Assembly: GCA_963706325.1 (NCBI GenBank)
Contig: CAVPLT010000007.1
Span: forward strand, 672,001-736,000
Origin: an uncultured Nitrospiraceae bacterium
Lineage (GTDB): Bacteria; Nitrospirota; Nitrospiria; Nitrospirales; Nitrospiraceae
Direction of reading: 5' to 3'
Length of the DNA: 64,000 nucleotides
Each line of letters starts with the position of its first letter. The stretch's first letter is position 1. The notes beneath the pieces are model-generated. The model was not told the origin of the DNA. It was given only the letters and a program-made list of their open reading frames with translations, and did no database searches. The translations under genes and the position numbers were made by a program. Shown piece after piece: positions 41,034-50,441 of the stretch.

Positions 41034-42427
41034 GGATCGAGGCGCAAACATTAAGAGGATGGCCTCTTAACGACTTCGGTCTCAGTACTTGAAACGAATG
41101 CGAACCAATAATCACAGGATCATGTTCAGAAGGAGGAGTTACAATGCCAGAAGTCTATAACTGGCAACTGGGACGGAAGATGCTGTATCCGTATGAGGAG
41201 CGGCATCCGAAGTGGCAGTTTGCCTTTGTGTTCAACATCAATCGCTGTTTGGCCTGTCAGACCTGTTCGATGGCCGACAAGTCGACCTGGCTCTTTTCGA
41301 AGGGGCAGGAGTACATGTGGTGGAACAACGTGGAGACCAAGCCCTACGGCGGGTATCCGCAGTTCTACGACGTGAAGATCACGCAGCTCGTCGAGCAAGT
41401 GAACCCGGGCGGGCAGGTGTGGAACGTGCGCGTGGGCCGCAAGCACCATGCGCCGTACGGGGTGTTCGAAGGGATGACCATTTTCGACGCCGGGGCCAAA
41501 GTGGGCCAGGCGGCGATCGGGTACATTCCGACCGACCAGGAATGGCGGTTCGTGAACATTTATGAAGACACGGCGACGTCGATGCGGGCCATTGTCGAGA
41601 ACATCGACAAGTCGGGCTTTACGCGGGACGAACCGTGGCGGCTCTCCGGCTCAAGCTTGCCGGAACACGAGACGTATTTCTTCTATCTGCAGCGGATCTG
41701 CAACCACTGCACCTATCCGGGCTGCCTCGCGGCCTGCCCGCGGAAGGCGATCTACAAGCGGCCGGAAGACGGCATTGTGTTGATCGACCAGAACCGATGT
41801 CGCGGGTACAAGAAGTGCGTGGAGCAGTGTCCCTATAAGAAGCCGATGTACCGGGGCACGACCCGGGTGTCGGAGAAGTGTATCGCCTGTTATCCGCGGA
41901 TCGAAGGCAAGGATCCGCTGACGGGCGGCGAGCCGATGGAAACGCGCTGCATGGCGGCCTGCGTGGGCAAGATCCGCATGCAGTCGTTGATGCGGATCGG
42001 CGAGGACGGCCTGTGGGCCGAAGACCGCTGGCATCCCCTGTACTACGCGATTCGCGTAGAGCAGGTGGCCTTGCCCCTGTATCCACAGTGGGGCACCGAG
42101 CCCAACGGCTTCTACATTCCGCCGCGACACAGCCCGCGTGGGTATGCGCGGCAGATGTTCGGCCCGGGCGTGGACAACGCCATCGAGAAGTATCTTGTGC
42201 CGAGTCGGGAACTGTTGGCCGTCCTCCAGCTCTGGAGAGCGAGCCAGCAGATCATCTTCCGGTACGACGTCATTCCGGGTCCGAAAGTGTTTGAAACCCA
42301 GATCCACGGGAAGCGGTTCGATATGTACAACGATACCGTGTTGGGCTTCAACAAGTCGGGCAAGGAAGTGGCGCGCATCCAGGTCGAAGAGCCGATCTAT
42401 ATTCGACCGGCCGAACGCGTGAACTGG
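40878..42427. repeat. Right arm of ~1550-bp inverted repeat
   Basis: Reverse complement of 9564-11113. Confidence 0.9.
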
Positions 42428-42433
42428 TTGTAA
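41144..42433 (+). CDS. nxrB: Nitrite oxidoreductase beta subunit (copy 2)
   Basis: Protein identical to 9558-10847. Confidence 0.97.
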   Translation: MPEVYNWQLGRKMLYPYEERHPKWQFAFVFNINRCLACQTCSMADKSTWLFSKGQEYMWWNNVETKPYGGYPQFYDVKITQLVEQVNPGGQVWNVRVGRKHHAPYGVFEGMTIFDAGAKVGQAAIGYIPTDQEWRFVNIYEDTATSMRAIVENIDKSGFTRDEPWRLSGSSLPEHETYFFYLQRICNHCTYPGCLAACPRKAIYKRPEDGIVLIDQNRCRGYKKCVEQCPYKKPMYRGTTRVSEKCIACYPRIEGKDPLTGGEPMETRCMAACVGKIRMQSLMRIGEDGLWAEDRWHPLYYAIRVEQVALPLYPQWGTEPNGFYIPPRHSPRGYARQMFGPGVDNAIEKYLVPSRELLAVLQLWRASQQIIFRYDVIPGPKVFETQIHGKRFDMYNDTVLGFNKSGKEVARIQVEEPIYIRPAERVNWL

Positions 42434-42441
42434 TAAGTTTA

Positions 42442-42481
42442 CGGCGGTTGGGAGGAGTTCAATGCTTTCTCCCAACCGTCG
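42442..42481 (+). terminator. Hairpin after nxrB copy 2
   Basis: CGGCGGTTGGGAG...CTCCCAACCGTCG stem with a weak U-tail. Confidence 0.55.
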
Positions 42482-42680
42482 CCTTGTGACTCATCTTGCG
42501 GACCAGCGGTGTATTGATGTGGACGCGATAGCGTTTGGCGTTGTCCAATCGCCGCGGTTCTAGCAAAATTCTCTTGCAGCCTTCCATCCTATCGTGAAGC
42601 AGGCTCCGCCGAAAAGCGAAGCGCACTTGGATGCTCGCGTCCGAACCATTGAGCCGATTAGAAAGCATCACACGCATTTG

Positions 42681-43340
42681 ATGGATATACGTGGTCGGTT
42701 CATCGGATTTTCCATCATTCTCACGGCGGCCCTGGCCCTGTCCTTCTTCGGGCATCAGTTGCTCTTCGATCATTGGCGCATGCAGCACGAGCGGCAACTC
42801 CAACGTTCTACAATTCTTGAGGAGGTCTTGCGCCTGCAACGCCTGGTCATGGATGTGGAAACAAATTTTCGTGGATATCTCCTCACCGAACAGCCCTCTT
42901 TCCTCGAGCCCATCAACCAAGCAGAAAATCGGCTCCAGACCGGTATGGCGCGGTTGCAGGATCTGACGACCAGCACACCGGGTTTGCAGGCTGGAGTGGG
43001 GGTGCTTTCGGCTCGCCTGAAAGAGTTCATTGAAAGCAAGCAGGCGCTGATCGAAAATGTGCGGATGGATAAGCAGGAGCAAGTGCGTTTGTATGTGCGA
43101 GGCGGAAGCGGTCGTGCCTTATTTTTGATCATCGAGAAGGCCATCGGAGATTTCGAAATGCGGATTCAGCGCGAACTACCGCACGAGGCCATGTCGTATG
43201 AGTCGTGGATGCAACGCGCTCGATGGCAACTTCTGACCTTGGAAACCTTAGGGGTCCTACTGTGTGTCTATTTCACCCGAGTCTTAGGATTTCCGAAAAA
43301 ACCGCTTCTGGAAGGCCGCCCCTTTCAACTCCTTCCGTAA
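42681..43340 (+). CDS. Stand-alone TM-CHASE3-TM protein (no kinase domain)
   Basis: LQRLVMDVETNFRGYLLT CHASE3 motif flanked by two hydrophobic segments. Stops ~15 aa after TM2. Start could be 42594. Confidence 0.75.
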   Translation: MDIRGRFIGFSIILTAALALSFFGHQLLFDHWRMQHERQLQRSTILEEVLRLQRLVMDVETNFRGYLLTEQPSFLEPINQAENRLQTGMARLQDLTTSTPGLQAGVGVLSARLKEFIESKQALIENVRMDKQEQVRLYVRGGSGRALFLIIEKAIGDFEMRIQRELPHEAMSYESWMQRARWQLLTLETLGVLLCVYFTRVLGFPKKPLLEGRPFQLLP

Positions 43341-43430
43341 GTCTGTCCTTAAAACATCAATCTTTGTATCCGCTCTGAATCTGTTCGCACCTCCGCTCAA
43401 TCACTCTGAAATATACGCTCTCGTCAAGAT

Positions 43431-43458
43431 TCGCACAGTGCGATGTGTGCGATTTCGC
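43431..43458. promoter_or_regulatory. Putative bEBP enhancer, repeated motif copy 2
   Basis: TCGCACAGTGCG-ATGTGT-GCGATTTCGC. Confidence 0.6.
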
Positions 43459-43511
43459 CCTCTTTGAGGGTGTTTGAACGCCAAAATCCCCGAATTAAGG
43501 CCCGATCGAAA

Positions 43512-43527
43512 TGGCACATGCCTTGCT
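43512..43527 (+). promoter_or_regulatory. sigma54 -24/-12 promoter
   Basis: TGGCACATGCCTTGCT, near-consensus. Confidence 0.75.
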
Positions 43528-43572
43528 ATTCTAGTCAATGTCAGCTGGACGAATCGGAGAAAGGAAACGATC

Positions 43573-43674
43573 ATGGTACGAATGATAAAAAAAGTTGGTG
43601 ACCGAGAATTAGCTTGGGTGATGTTGGCAGTGGCAGCCGTCGCGCTTTGGAGCACCTGGGGGCTCACCAGCTAG
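43573..43674 (+). CDS. Putative 33-aa single-TM small protein
   Basis: MVRMIKKVGDRELAWVMLAVAAVALWSTWGLTS. AAGGA RBS, directly downstream of a sigma54 promoter. Confidence 0.5.
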   Translation: MVRMIKKVGDRELAWVMLAVAAVALWSTWGLTS

Positions 43675-43945
43675 TGCTGCTGCAATCGGCAAAGCGAACG
43701 TTCGTTGCTTAGCGAAGGCCACGGAATTATCGCGCTTCTAGGCCTCTTCGACCACACCACATCTCATTTCTTTCTCTCTCATCATTGAGAAAATTCAGAG
43801 GACTTAGAACGCCCATGCCCTTCCGAGCGAAGTTGGCAGCGGCATCTTTGGACATCTGTCTGCGCTATTCGACGCTTTGACTCATTTTTGAATCTTGCGA
43901 AAGTTGGCTGATGCATTCGTTGAACCAGTATTCTCTCCATATCCG

Positions 43946-44251
43946 TCAAACGTAGATAATCATCGGTTCAACGCTACCTTTTCGAAATCCGGATGTTTTT
44001 CGATGGCCTCGCTCAATTCGTGTTCCGCTGCTGATGCCAAAGGTTTGATTTCCGAACATGCCATTGCTCGTTGCCATGAGGATCTGGACGCCTTTGGTTT
44101 TCGCTCCAGAATCTTGTGCCCACCAGATTTTCCCCCAGCCGAAACAAGGTCCCGTGTCCGAGGTTCCCGAAGACTTGGCTTCAGCCACGCCAGGCAATCC
44201 CTGCGACGCGAAGAAGATTCCTATCATTGAGAGCAGGATCAGCTTTTTCAT
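43946..44251 (-). pseudogene. DUF3015-like secreted protein, apparently truncated
   Basis: Signal peptide plus DTGPCFGWGK...ILMATSNGMFGNQTFGISSGT, after which the similarity stops abruptly. GGAGG RBS. Confidence 0.55.
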
Positions 44252-44591
44252 TGGTCCTCCGCATAAAAGGGTGTGGGCGCGTCACCCGAAAAGCCGCGAA
44301 TTCCAAGGAGAGCGTCAGAGTCTGCACAATGGTTTTTTCATTGCGGCGCGGGGGAACGTTGCATCTCGGCAGGTTTAGTGTTTTGCCGCTGTTACGCTAT
44401 GCAGTCCCGATGCACCCTGTAGGCGGTATTGATCTGCATGGGCGGCTTGAAGCCGACGAGGAGGCCGCGGCTCTAAACACAGGCTAGAGCCCAACAGAGG
44501 CATCCACTCGTTCCTTTGACGATAAGGAACGGACATCGAACAGTTGAAGGGGGAGGCCTTGAGGGTGTCTCTATGGAATGGGACGCGGGTA

Positions 44592-45398
44592 TTAGTTGGC
44601 AGCTCGTATTCCGTTAGAAGGCGCCGCGTCGAATCCATATTGAAGCAGGAGTTTTTGTATGCGGGGACTCATGATGAATTTGAAAAAGTCCTCCGCCGCA
44701 CCGCGGGAGGCTTCTCGGCAGGTCCAAACCACCGCTTCACCGAACTCGACCGGCGTGTACTGGCCTGCCGGAGCTTCATCAATGATGCGGACTTGGCCAC
44801 TATTGATCGCATCGGCGCGGTAGACGATGCCCACCTCAGCCCCCCCGGCGCGAACCAAATTCACGACATCTTCACTGTGAGGCGCGTGGATGAGGTGCGA
44901 ACGGTTTCGATAGGCGGGATTGAGGGTAGTGAGCGCCTTGGCCGTGATTTCTCCCAGGGCAGACGTCTTAGGATCGACGAGGGCAATGCGGATGGTTCGA
45001 TCAGGAAACACTTCGCGAAAGGAAATTGAGGCCGCCGGCGAGGCTGCGGCCATGACGAGTACGAGAGAGGTTTGCGCGAAGATGCGAGGCCCTCCATTGA
45101 TAGTCAGCCCCTTCTGTTGCAGTTTCCGCACTTCCTCAAACGACTCGGGTAGAAATACATCGATGGGAGCTCCCTGTTCGATTTGCCGGCGAAGCGTTTG
45201 CGACGGACCGTATACAACCTGCACAGTCACGCCATATTCTTCCTGGAACATGGGCACAATATCCTGGAAGGCGCCTTTCAAACTATGGGCCGCTGCAACC
45301 GTCAGGACTTCAGCGTGAACAGTGGCGTCGGCTCCCACCAGGCCTGCGAGGCCGGCTACGAAGGCCATCGCTGTGCTAAGTTTCCGAATTCCCATCAT
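44592..45398 (-). CDS. modA: ModA-like molybdate ABC substrate-binding protein (divergent, orphan)
   Basis: Signal peptide, LTVAAAHSL, QIEQGAPIDVF, DPKTSALG, EVGIVY..DA and LLQYGF. Confidence 0.8.
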   Translation of the reverse strand: MMGIRKLSTAMAFVAGLAGLVGADATVHAEVLTVAAAHSLKGAFQDIVPMFQEEYGVTVQVVYGPSQTLRRQIEQGAPIDVFLPESFEEVRKLQQKGLTINGGPRIFAQTSLVLVMAAASPAASISFREVFPDRTIRIALVDPKTSALGEITAKALTTLNPAYRNRSHLIHAPHSEDVVNLVRAGGAEVGIVYRADAINSGQVRIIDEAPAGQYTPVEFGEAVVWTCREASRGAAEDFFKFIMSPRIQKLLLQYGFDAAPSNGIRAAN

Positions 45399-45543
45399 GG
45401 GTCCATCTCCCTGATATTTTGTCAAAGCGATCCGGATTGCCCGTGCATTGCTCGCCACAACCCGCTGTCGGCGCTGCTGCCATTGGTTCTTAACTCGACG
45501 ACCTTGGTGACATCTAAAGTACGCGTCATGGAACGTCTTTATC

Positions 45544-45559
45544 CGCAAGATCGATACCA
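45544..45559 (-). promoter_or_regulatory. sigma54 -24/-12 promoter of modA
   Basis: TGGTATCGATCTTGCG (GG-N10-GC). Confidence 0.6.
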
Positions 45560-45677
45560 GTCGAAGTATTGACTCGGTGGCGTTGGCAAAAAGTCGCCTG
45601 CCATTACATTTCCAGTGAGTTTTCGAGGTTTATTGGTGTCTGCGATGCAGGCCAGGTTCGTGGAACAGTGTGAGATT

Positions 45678-45705
45678 ACGCACGGTGCGCTCAGTGCTGA
45701 ACCGC
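45678..45705. promoter_or_regulatory. Putative bEBP enhancer, repeated motif copy 3
   Basis: ACGCACGGTGCG-CTCAGT-GCTGAACCGC between divergent sigma54 promoters. Confidence 0.5.
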
Positions 45706-45823
45706 GCAATGCAGATCGGCGCGGGTGCGCGGTAGGAAGGTCAAAGAGATTTTCCAGCCCAAAGTGAGTCAATGGCGCACGTCTTTTGGTGGCCGGCTAC
45801 TTTGGGAGAGTGAGTACGACGAC

Positions 45824-45839
45824 TGGTAAGCTCCTTGCT
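45824..45839 (+). promoter_or_regulatory. sigma54 -24/-12 promoter of the RND operon
   Basis: TGGTAAGCTCCTTGCT (GG-N10-GC). Confidence 0.6.
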
Positions 45840-45979
45840 ATATCCCATTGCTACTTCCTATGCTGGTGTTGAGTGAGGGCGGTGCCCCCTGGGCGGAGAA
45901 TCTGATGAGCTTGTTTAAACTGGTGTGGTAAATAGGGAAAAATGACGAGATATAAATCCGCTATTTGCAGACTTCGCAC

Positions 45980-47479
45980 ATGAATGAGATTGTTCTTATT
46001 GCCCTGCGCAGGCCGTACACCTTCGTCGTCATGTCTATTCTTATCGTGCTGTTGGGCACCAAGACGATCCTCCACATGCCGACCGATATCTTCCCGAATA
46101 TCACGATTCCCGTCACCTCCGTCGTCTGGATCTACAGCGGCCTGCTGCCGCAACAGGTGGAAGGGCGTATCACCTATCTCTTCGAACGCTTCCTGACCTC
46201 GACGGTGGAGGGCATCAAGTACATTCACAGCCATTCCTATTTCGGCAGCAGTATCACCAATATTTTTCTCCAGGATGGAGTGGACGTGGCCCGGGCCGAA
46301 GCGGATATCGTCGGCATCGCGCAGAATGTCGTCAAAGCGCTGCCGCCCGATATTTCACCGCCCATGGTCATGCGTCTGGCCCCGTCCTCCATACCAGTGG
46401 CCATGCTCCAAATCAGTTCCGACCACATGACACCCGCGGAGCTCTACAATCTCGTCTACATGCGAATTCGTCCGCTGCTCGTCACGGTACCCGGAATAGT
46501 CCTGCCGCACCCCTACGGCGGCCAAGACATGCAGGTCATGGTCAACCTCGATCAGCAGAAATTGCTCGCCCGACAACTCACGCCGGCGGACATTCACGAT
46601 GCTCTTATGAAGCAATACCTCGTGCTGCCGGCCGGCGACATTAAGATCAAGCAGACGGACTGGATCGTCCAGACGAATGCGTCGCCGATGAATATTGCGC
46701 ATTTCAACGATATTCCCATCAAGCGGGAAGGCAACGCATTCATCTATCTGCGCGACGTCGCCACGGTACAGCTCATGGGCCGGGTGCAACAGAATGCGGT
46801 GCTGGTAAAGGGTAAACAGACGGTCATTCTCGTGGCCATGAAGAGCACGGAGGCTTCGACCCTCGACGTCGTCAGTGGGATCAAGAAGATGATCCCCCGC
46901 GCCGAGCAAATTTCTCCCGAGGGCGTGGAGATCAAACTGCTCGACGACGCCTCAACGTTCGTGAAGGATTCGATCTCGGATGTCCTGCATGAAATGCTGA
47001 TGGCCGGCGCGTTGGTTGGCCTGATCGTGCTGTTGCTGCTCGGCTCCTGGCGGGCTACGGTCATCGTCTGGACCTCGATCCCGTTGTCCATTCTGACCGC
47101 CATCATCGGCCTGCACCTGCTCGAGGAGACGATCAACGTCATGACGTTGGGAGGGTTAGCGCTGGCGGTCGGTATTCTGGTCGATGATGCTACTGTGATG
47201 ATCGAGAACATCGATCGACATATCGAAATGGGCAAGCCGCTCGAACAGGCCATCATCGACGCGGCCAATCAGATCGTCATCCCTACACTCGTTGCCACCC
47301 TCTGCATTGCGATCGTCTGGCTACCACTCTTCGAACTCGGCGGCGTCGCCGGCTACCTGTTCAAGCCCATGGCGGAAGCGATCATCATCGCGATGCTCGC
47401 CTCCTTCATCCTGTCGCGCACACTGGTGCCGACGATGGCGAAATATATGCTGAAGGAACACCATGTCGCAGCCGCATGA
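45980..47479 (+). CDS. RND efflux permease, N-terminal half
   Basis: ALRRPYTF, DIFPNI.IP, NVMTLGGLALAVGILVDDATV.IENI and SRTLVPT. Ends just after TM6. Confidence 0.85.
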   Translation: MNEIVLIALRRPYTFVVMSILIVLLGTKTILHMPTDIFPNITIPVTSVVWIYSGLLPQQVEGRITYLFERFLTSTVEGIKYIHSHSYFGSSITNIFLQDGVDVARAEADIVGIAQNVVKALPPDISPPMVMRLAPSSIPVAMLQISSDHMTPAELYNLVYMRIRPLLVTVPGIVLPHPYGGQDMQVMVNLDQQKLLARQLTPADIHDALMKQYLVLPAGDIKIKQTDWIVQTNASPMNIAHFNDIPIKREGNAFIYLRDVATVQLMGRVQQNAVLVKGKQTVILVAMKSTEASTLDVVSGIKKMIPRAEQISPEGVEIKLLDDASTFVKDSISDVLHEMLMAGALVGLIVLLLLGSWRATVIVWTSIPLSILTAIIGLHLLEETINVMTLGGLALAVGILVDDATVMIENIDRHIEMGKPLEQAIIDAANQIVIPTLVATLCIAIVWLPLFELGGVAGYLFKPMAEAIIIAMLASFILSRTLVPTMAKYMLKEHHVAAA

Positions 47480-49157
47480 GCAGCAGGGGAAGCTCGGCGC
47501 GGAACCATCGCGGAACGTTTTCGTGCGCTTTCAGCAAGGGTTCGAACGCCGCTTCAATCAGTTTCGCGAGCGTTACGGCGCGCTGCTTGAACACGTGCTC
47601 GCCCGTCGCAACACCTTTGTCTCAATCTCTCTGGCCATTGCGTTGGGCTCTCTGGGCCTCTTTTTCTTTCTCGGACGCGATTATTTCCCCGAGATCAGGT
47701 CTGGGATCATTACGATGCATATGCGGGCGCCGCTTGGAACGCGCATCGAGGTGTCAGGACGCATCGCCACGCTCGTCTCCGATAGCATCCAAGAGTTGCT
47801 GCCCGGCCAGGTCGAAAACGTCGTCAGTAATTGCGGCTTGCCGGTTGGGCCGCACAACCTCGCCTTCATTCCGACTCCGACGATCGGATCCCAGGATTGT
47901 GACCTCACGATTCTTTTGAGGAATGAAAAGTCGCCGGTGTGGGACTATCGGCGCATTCTGCGCAAGGGCTTGAGGGAGCGTTATCCAGGCACCGAATTCA
48001 CATTCCAGCCGTCCGATCTGACTGCAAAAATTCTCAATTTCGGGGCGCCTGCGCCGATCGACGTGCAAATCAACGGCCCGGACATGTATCCCAACTATGA
48101 GTTTGCTCGCAAATTAGTGGGCAAGTTTCGCGAGATACCGGGTGCCGCAGACGTGGTGATACAGCAGACGATGCGCACGCCGACCCTCATGGTCGAAGGC
48201 AACCGTACGTTCGGACTTGGTGTCAACAGAACGCTTAAAGAGATGGCCGACAATCTGCTCATGACGACCGCCGGGAGTCAGCAGGTCGACCAGATCTACT
48301 GGCTCGATCCCAGCACCGGCATGTCGTACTTGATCAATGTCTACACTCCGCAGGCGCAGATCAATAGCGTCAATAGTCTCAAGACGATCCCGGTCGAGTC
48401 GTCGGACCATTCTCCGAACGGTCAGGAAATGCAGCTTCTCGGTAATTTGGCGGACATTTCAGCGGAGGGAACGCCCGGGGTGGTCACTCATGGGAACATC
48501 ATGCCGCTGTTCAACATCTATGTTTCGGCCGAAGGGCGCGACCTTGGCGGGGTGCTGGCCGATGTCGAAAAGGTCGCCAAGAGCATGGAGGACGAGTTGC
48601 CTCGCAGCGCCGCACTCGAAATCCATGGCCAGGCCACCTTGATGCACGACGCCTATTTTGAGTTGATTGTCGGATTGCTCGTCGCGATCGCGCTCGTCTA
48701 CTTGCTGATCGTCGTCAACTTTCAATCTTGGCTGGATCCCTTCATCATTATTACGGCCTTGCCCGGCGCGCTCGCGGGCATTGCCTGGGCGTTGTTCCTG
48801 ACCCATACGCGGCTTTCGGAGCCTGCGCTGACGGGCGCCATTATGACGATGGGCACAGCAACCGCCAATTCGATCCTCGTCGTGTCCTACGCCCGCGAGC
48901 GACTCCAGGAGCACGGCGACGCCCTGAGGGCCGCGATCGAAGCCGGAACGACCCGCTTCCGTCCGGTGCTTATGACCGCCTCCGCCATGATTATGGGTAT
49001 GGTGCCCATGGCGACAGGGTATTCCACGAATGCGCCGCTGGGTCGCGCCGTCATCGGCGGCTTGCTCGTAGCCACTCTCTTTACCCTGCTTTTCGTACCC
49101 TGCGTGTATGTGATGGTTTATAACGGGCGAGCGTTTCGCCAGAGGGACCACGCATAA
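47463..49157 (+). CDS. RND efflux permease, C-terminal half (different frame)
   Basis: RNVFVRFQQGFERRF, VVNFQSW.DPFII, TANSILVV, RFRPVLMTA and APLGRAVIGG. Confidence 0.85.
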   Translation: MSQPHEQQGKLGAEPSRNVFVRFQQGFERRFNQFRERYGALLEHVLARRNTFVSISLAIALGSLGLFFFLGRDYFPEIRSGIITMHMRAPLGTRIEVSGRIATLVSDSIQELLPGQVENVVSNCGLPVGPHNLAFIPTPTIGSQDCDLTILLRNEKSPVWDYRRILRKGLRERYPGTEFTFQPSDLTAKILNFGAPAPIDVQINGPDMYPNYEFARKLVGKFREIPGAADVVIQQTMRTPTLMVEGNRTFGLGVNRTLKEMADNLLMTTAGSQQVDQIYWLDPSTGMSYLINVYTPQAQINSVNSLKTIPVESSDHSPNGQEMQLLGNLADISAEGTPGVVTHGNIMPLFNIYVSAEGRDLGGVLADVEKVAKSMEDELPRSAALEIHGQATLMHDAYFELIVGLLVAIALVYLLIVVNFQSWLDPFIIITALPGALAGIAWALFLTHTRLSEPALTGAIMTMGTATANSILVVSYARERLQEHGDALRAAIEAGTTRFRPVLMTASAMIMGMVPMATGYSTNAPLGRAVIGGLLVATLFTLLFVPCVYVMVYNGRAFRQRDHA

Positions 49158-50428
49158 TGAATAAGATCTTGCGTGGAAGACTCGTGGTCATCTCGGTGAT
49201 CTTGCTGTGTGTGGTTTACCTCGGCTACCGCATTTATGAGAGCAAAAGCGACGCCGCTTTGCTGGGCGTGAGAACACTTGAGGACGCCGTTCCCACCGTG
49301 GCCGTCATTTATCCAAAGCCGGTGGCGCCGACTGAAACCATTACGCTCCCGGGCAACGTGCAAGCGTGGTTTCAAGCGCCGATTTATGCGCAGGTCTCGG
49401 GCTATGTGAAGATGTGGTACAAGGACTATGGCGCGCTGGTGAAGAAGGGCGACGTCCTCGCCGAAATCAACGCGCCGGCCCTCGACGCCCAATATGCGCA
49501 GGCCAAAGCTGATCTGGAGTCCGTGCGCACCTTATATGCTCTCGCTGACCTCACCGCGAAGCGCTGGCTCGCATTGCGAAAAAACCATGCGGTTTCCGAG
49601 CAGTCGATCTCGGTGAAGGTGGCGGAGGCCAAAGCTGAATTGGCAAAAGTCAGGGCAGCGGAGCAGAACGTCAAGAATTTCGAGGCGCTGATTCGGTTCA
49701 AAACCATCGTCGCTCCCTATGATGGCGTGGTGACGGTGCGCAACATCAACGTCGGCGACTACATCAACAAGGAAGGGAACATCGGTGATCGCAGCGCAGT
49801 CACCAATCTCTTTACTGTGGCTGACGTCAGCATGTTGCGTCTCTTTGTTTCCGTGCCCGAGTCGTTCGGGCCCTTCCTCCAGCCAGGCCTGACGGCCGAC
49901 GTGACGGTCCCGCAACTCCCCGATCGTCATTTCGCTGCCAAATTTCTGACCGTTGCCCGTGGATTCGATGTGAGCACGCGCACCGCCATTACCGTCTTCA
50001 CCATCGAGAACGAGGACAGGGCGCTCTGGCCCGGCTCTTATGCCCAGGTCAATCTCACGGCACCGGTCGACAGGAAGGTGTTCACGATTCCGTCCACCGC
50101 GTTGGTGTTTCAAGAGCACGGCACCCAGGTGGCCCTGGTGACCGAGGACGACCGAGTGCACTTGCAACCAATCACCGTAAGCCGACTCCTTGATAGTGCC
50201 GTTGAAGTGGCAGAAGGGATTTCCACTATCAACCGCATCGTAAACAACCCCAGCGCCGCGTTGCTCGAGGGAGACAAGGTGCGCGTCGTGACGCCGGCGC
50301 CCGGTTACGATCTCCTCAGCACGGAAGCCCCCGCGTCACAGGGAACTCACGGACCGCAAGTTCCTAGGTCAAAGGCGGATCCGAGATCAAAAGAAACTTT
50401 GCCCTCCGATACGCACGCTCCAAAATGA
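49157..50428 (+). CDS. RND periplasmic adaptor subunit
   Basis: APIYAQVSGY, IVAPYDGVVT.RN and PGSYAQV. Confidence 0.92.
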   Translation: MNKILRGRLVVISVILLCVVYLGYRIYESKSDAALLGVRTLEDAVPTVAVIYPKPVAPTETITLPGNVQAWFQAPIYAQVSGYVKMWYKDYGALVKKGDVLAEINAPALDAQYAQAKADLESVRTLYALADLTAKRWLALRKNHAVSEQSISVKVAEAKAELAKVRAAEQNVKNFEALIRFKTIVAPYDGVVTVRNINVGDYINKEGNIGDRSAVTNLFTVADVSMLRLFVSVPESFGPFLQPGLTADVTVPQLPDRHFAAKFLTVARGFDVSTRTAITVFTIENEDRALWPGSYAQVNLTAPVDRKVFTIPSTALVFQEHGTQVALVTEDDRVHLQPITVSRLLDSAVEVAEGISTINRIVNNPSAALLEGDKVRVVTPAPGYDLLSTEAPASQGTHGPQVPRSKADPRSKETLPSDTHAPK

Positions 50429-50441
50429 TGGACTCTTACAC

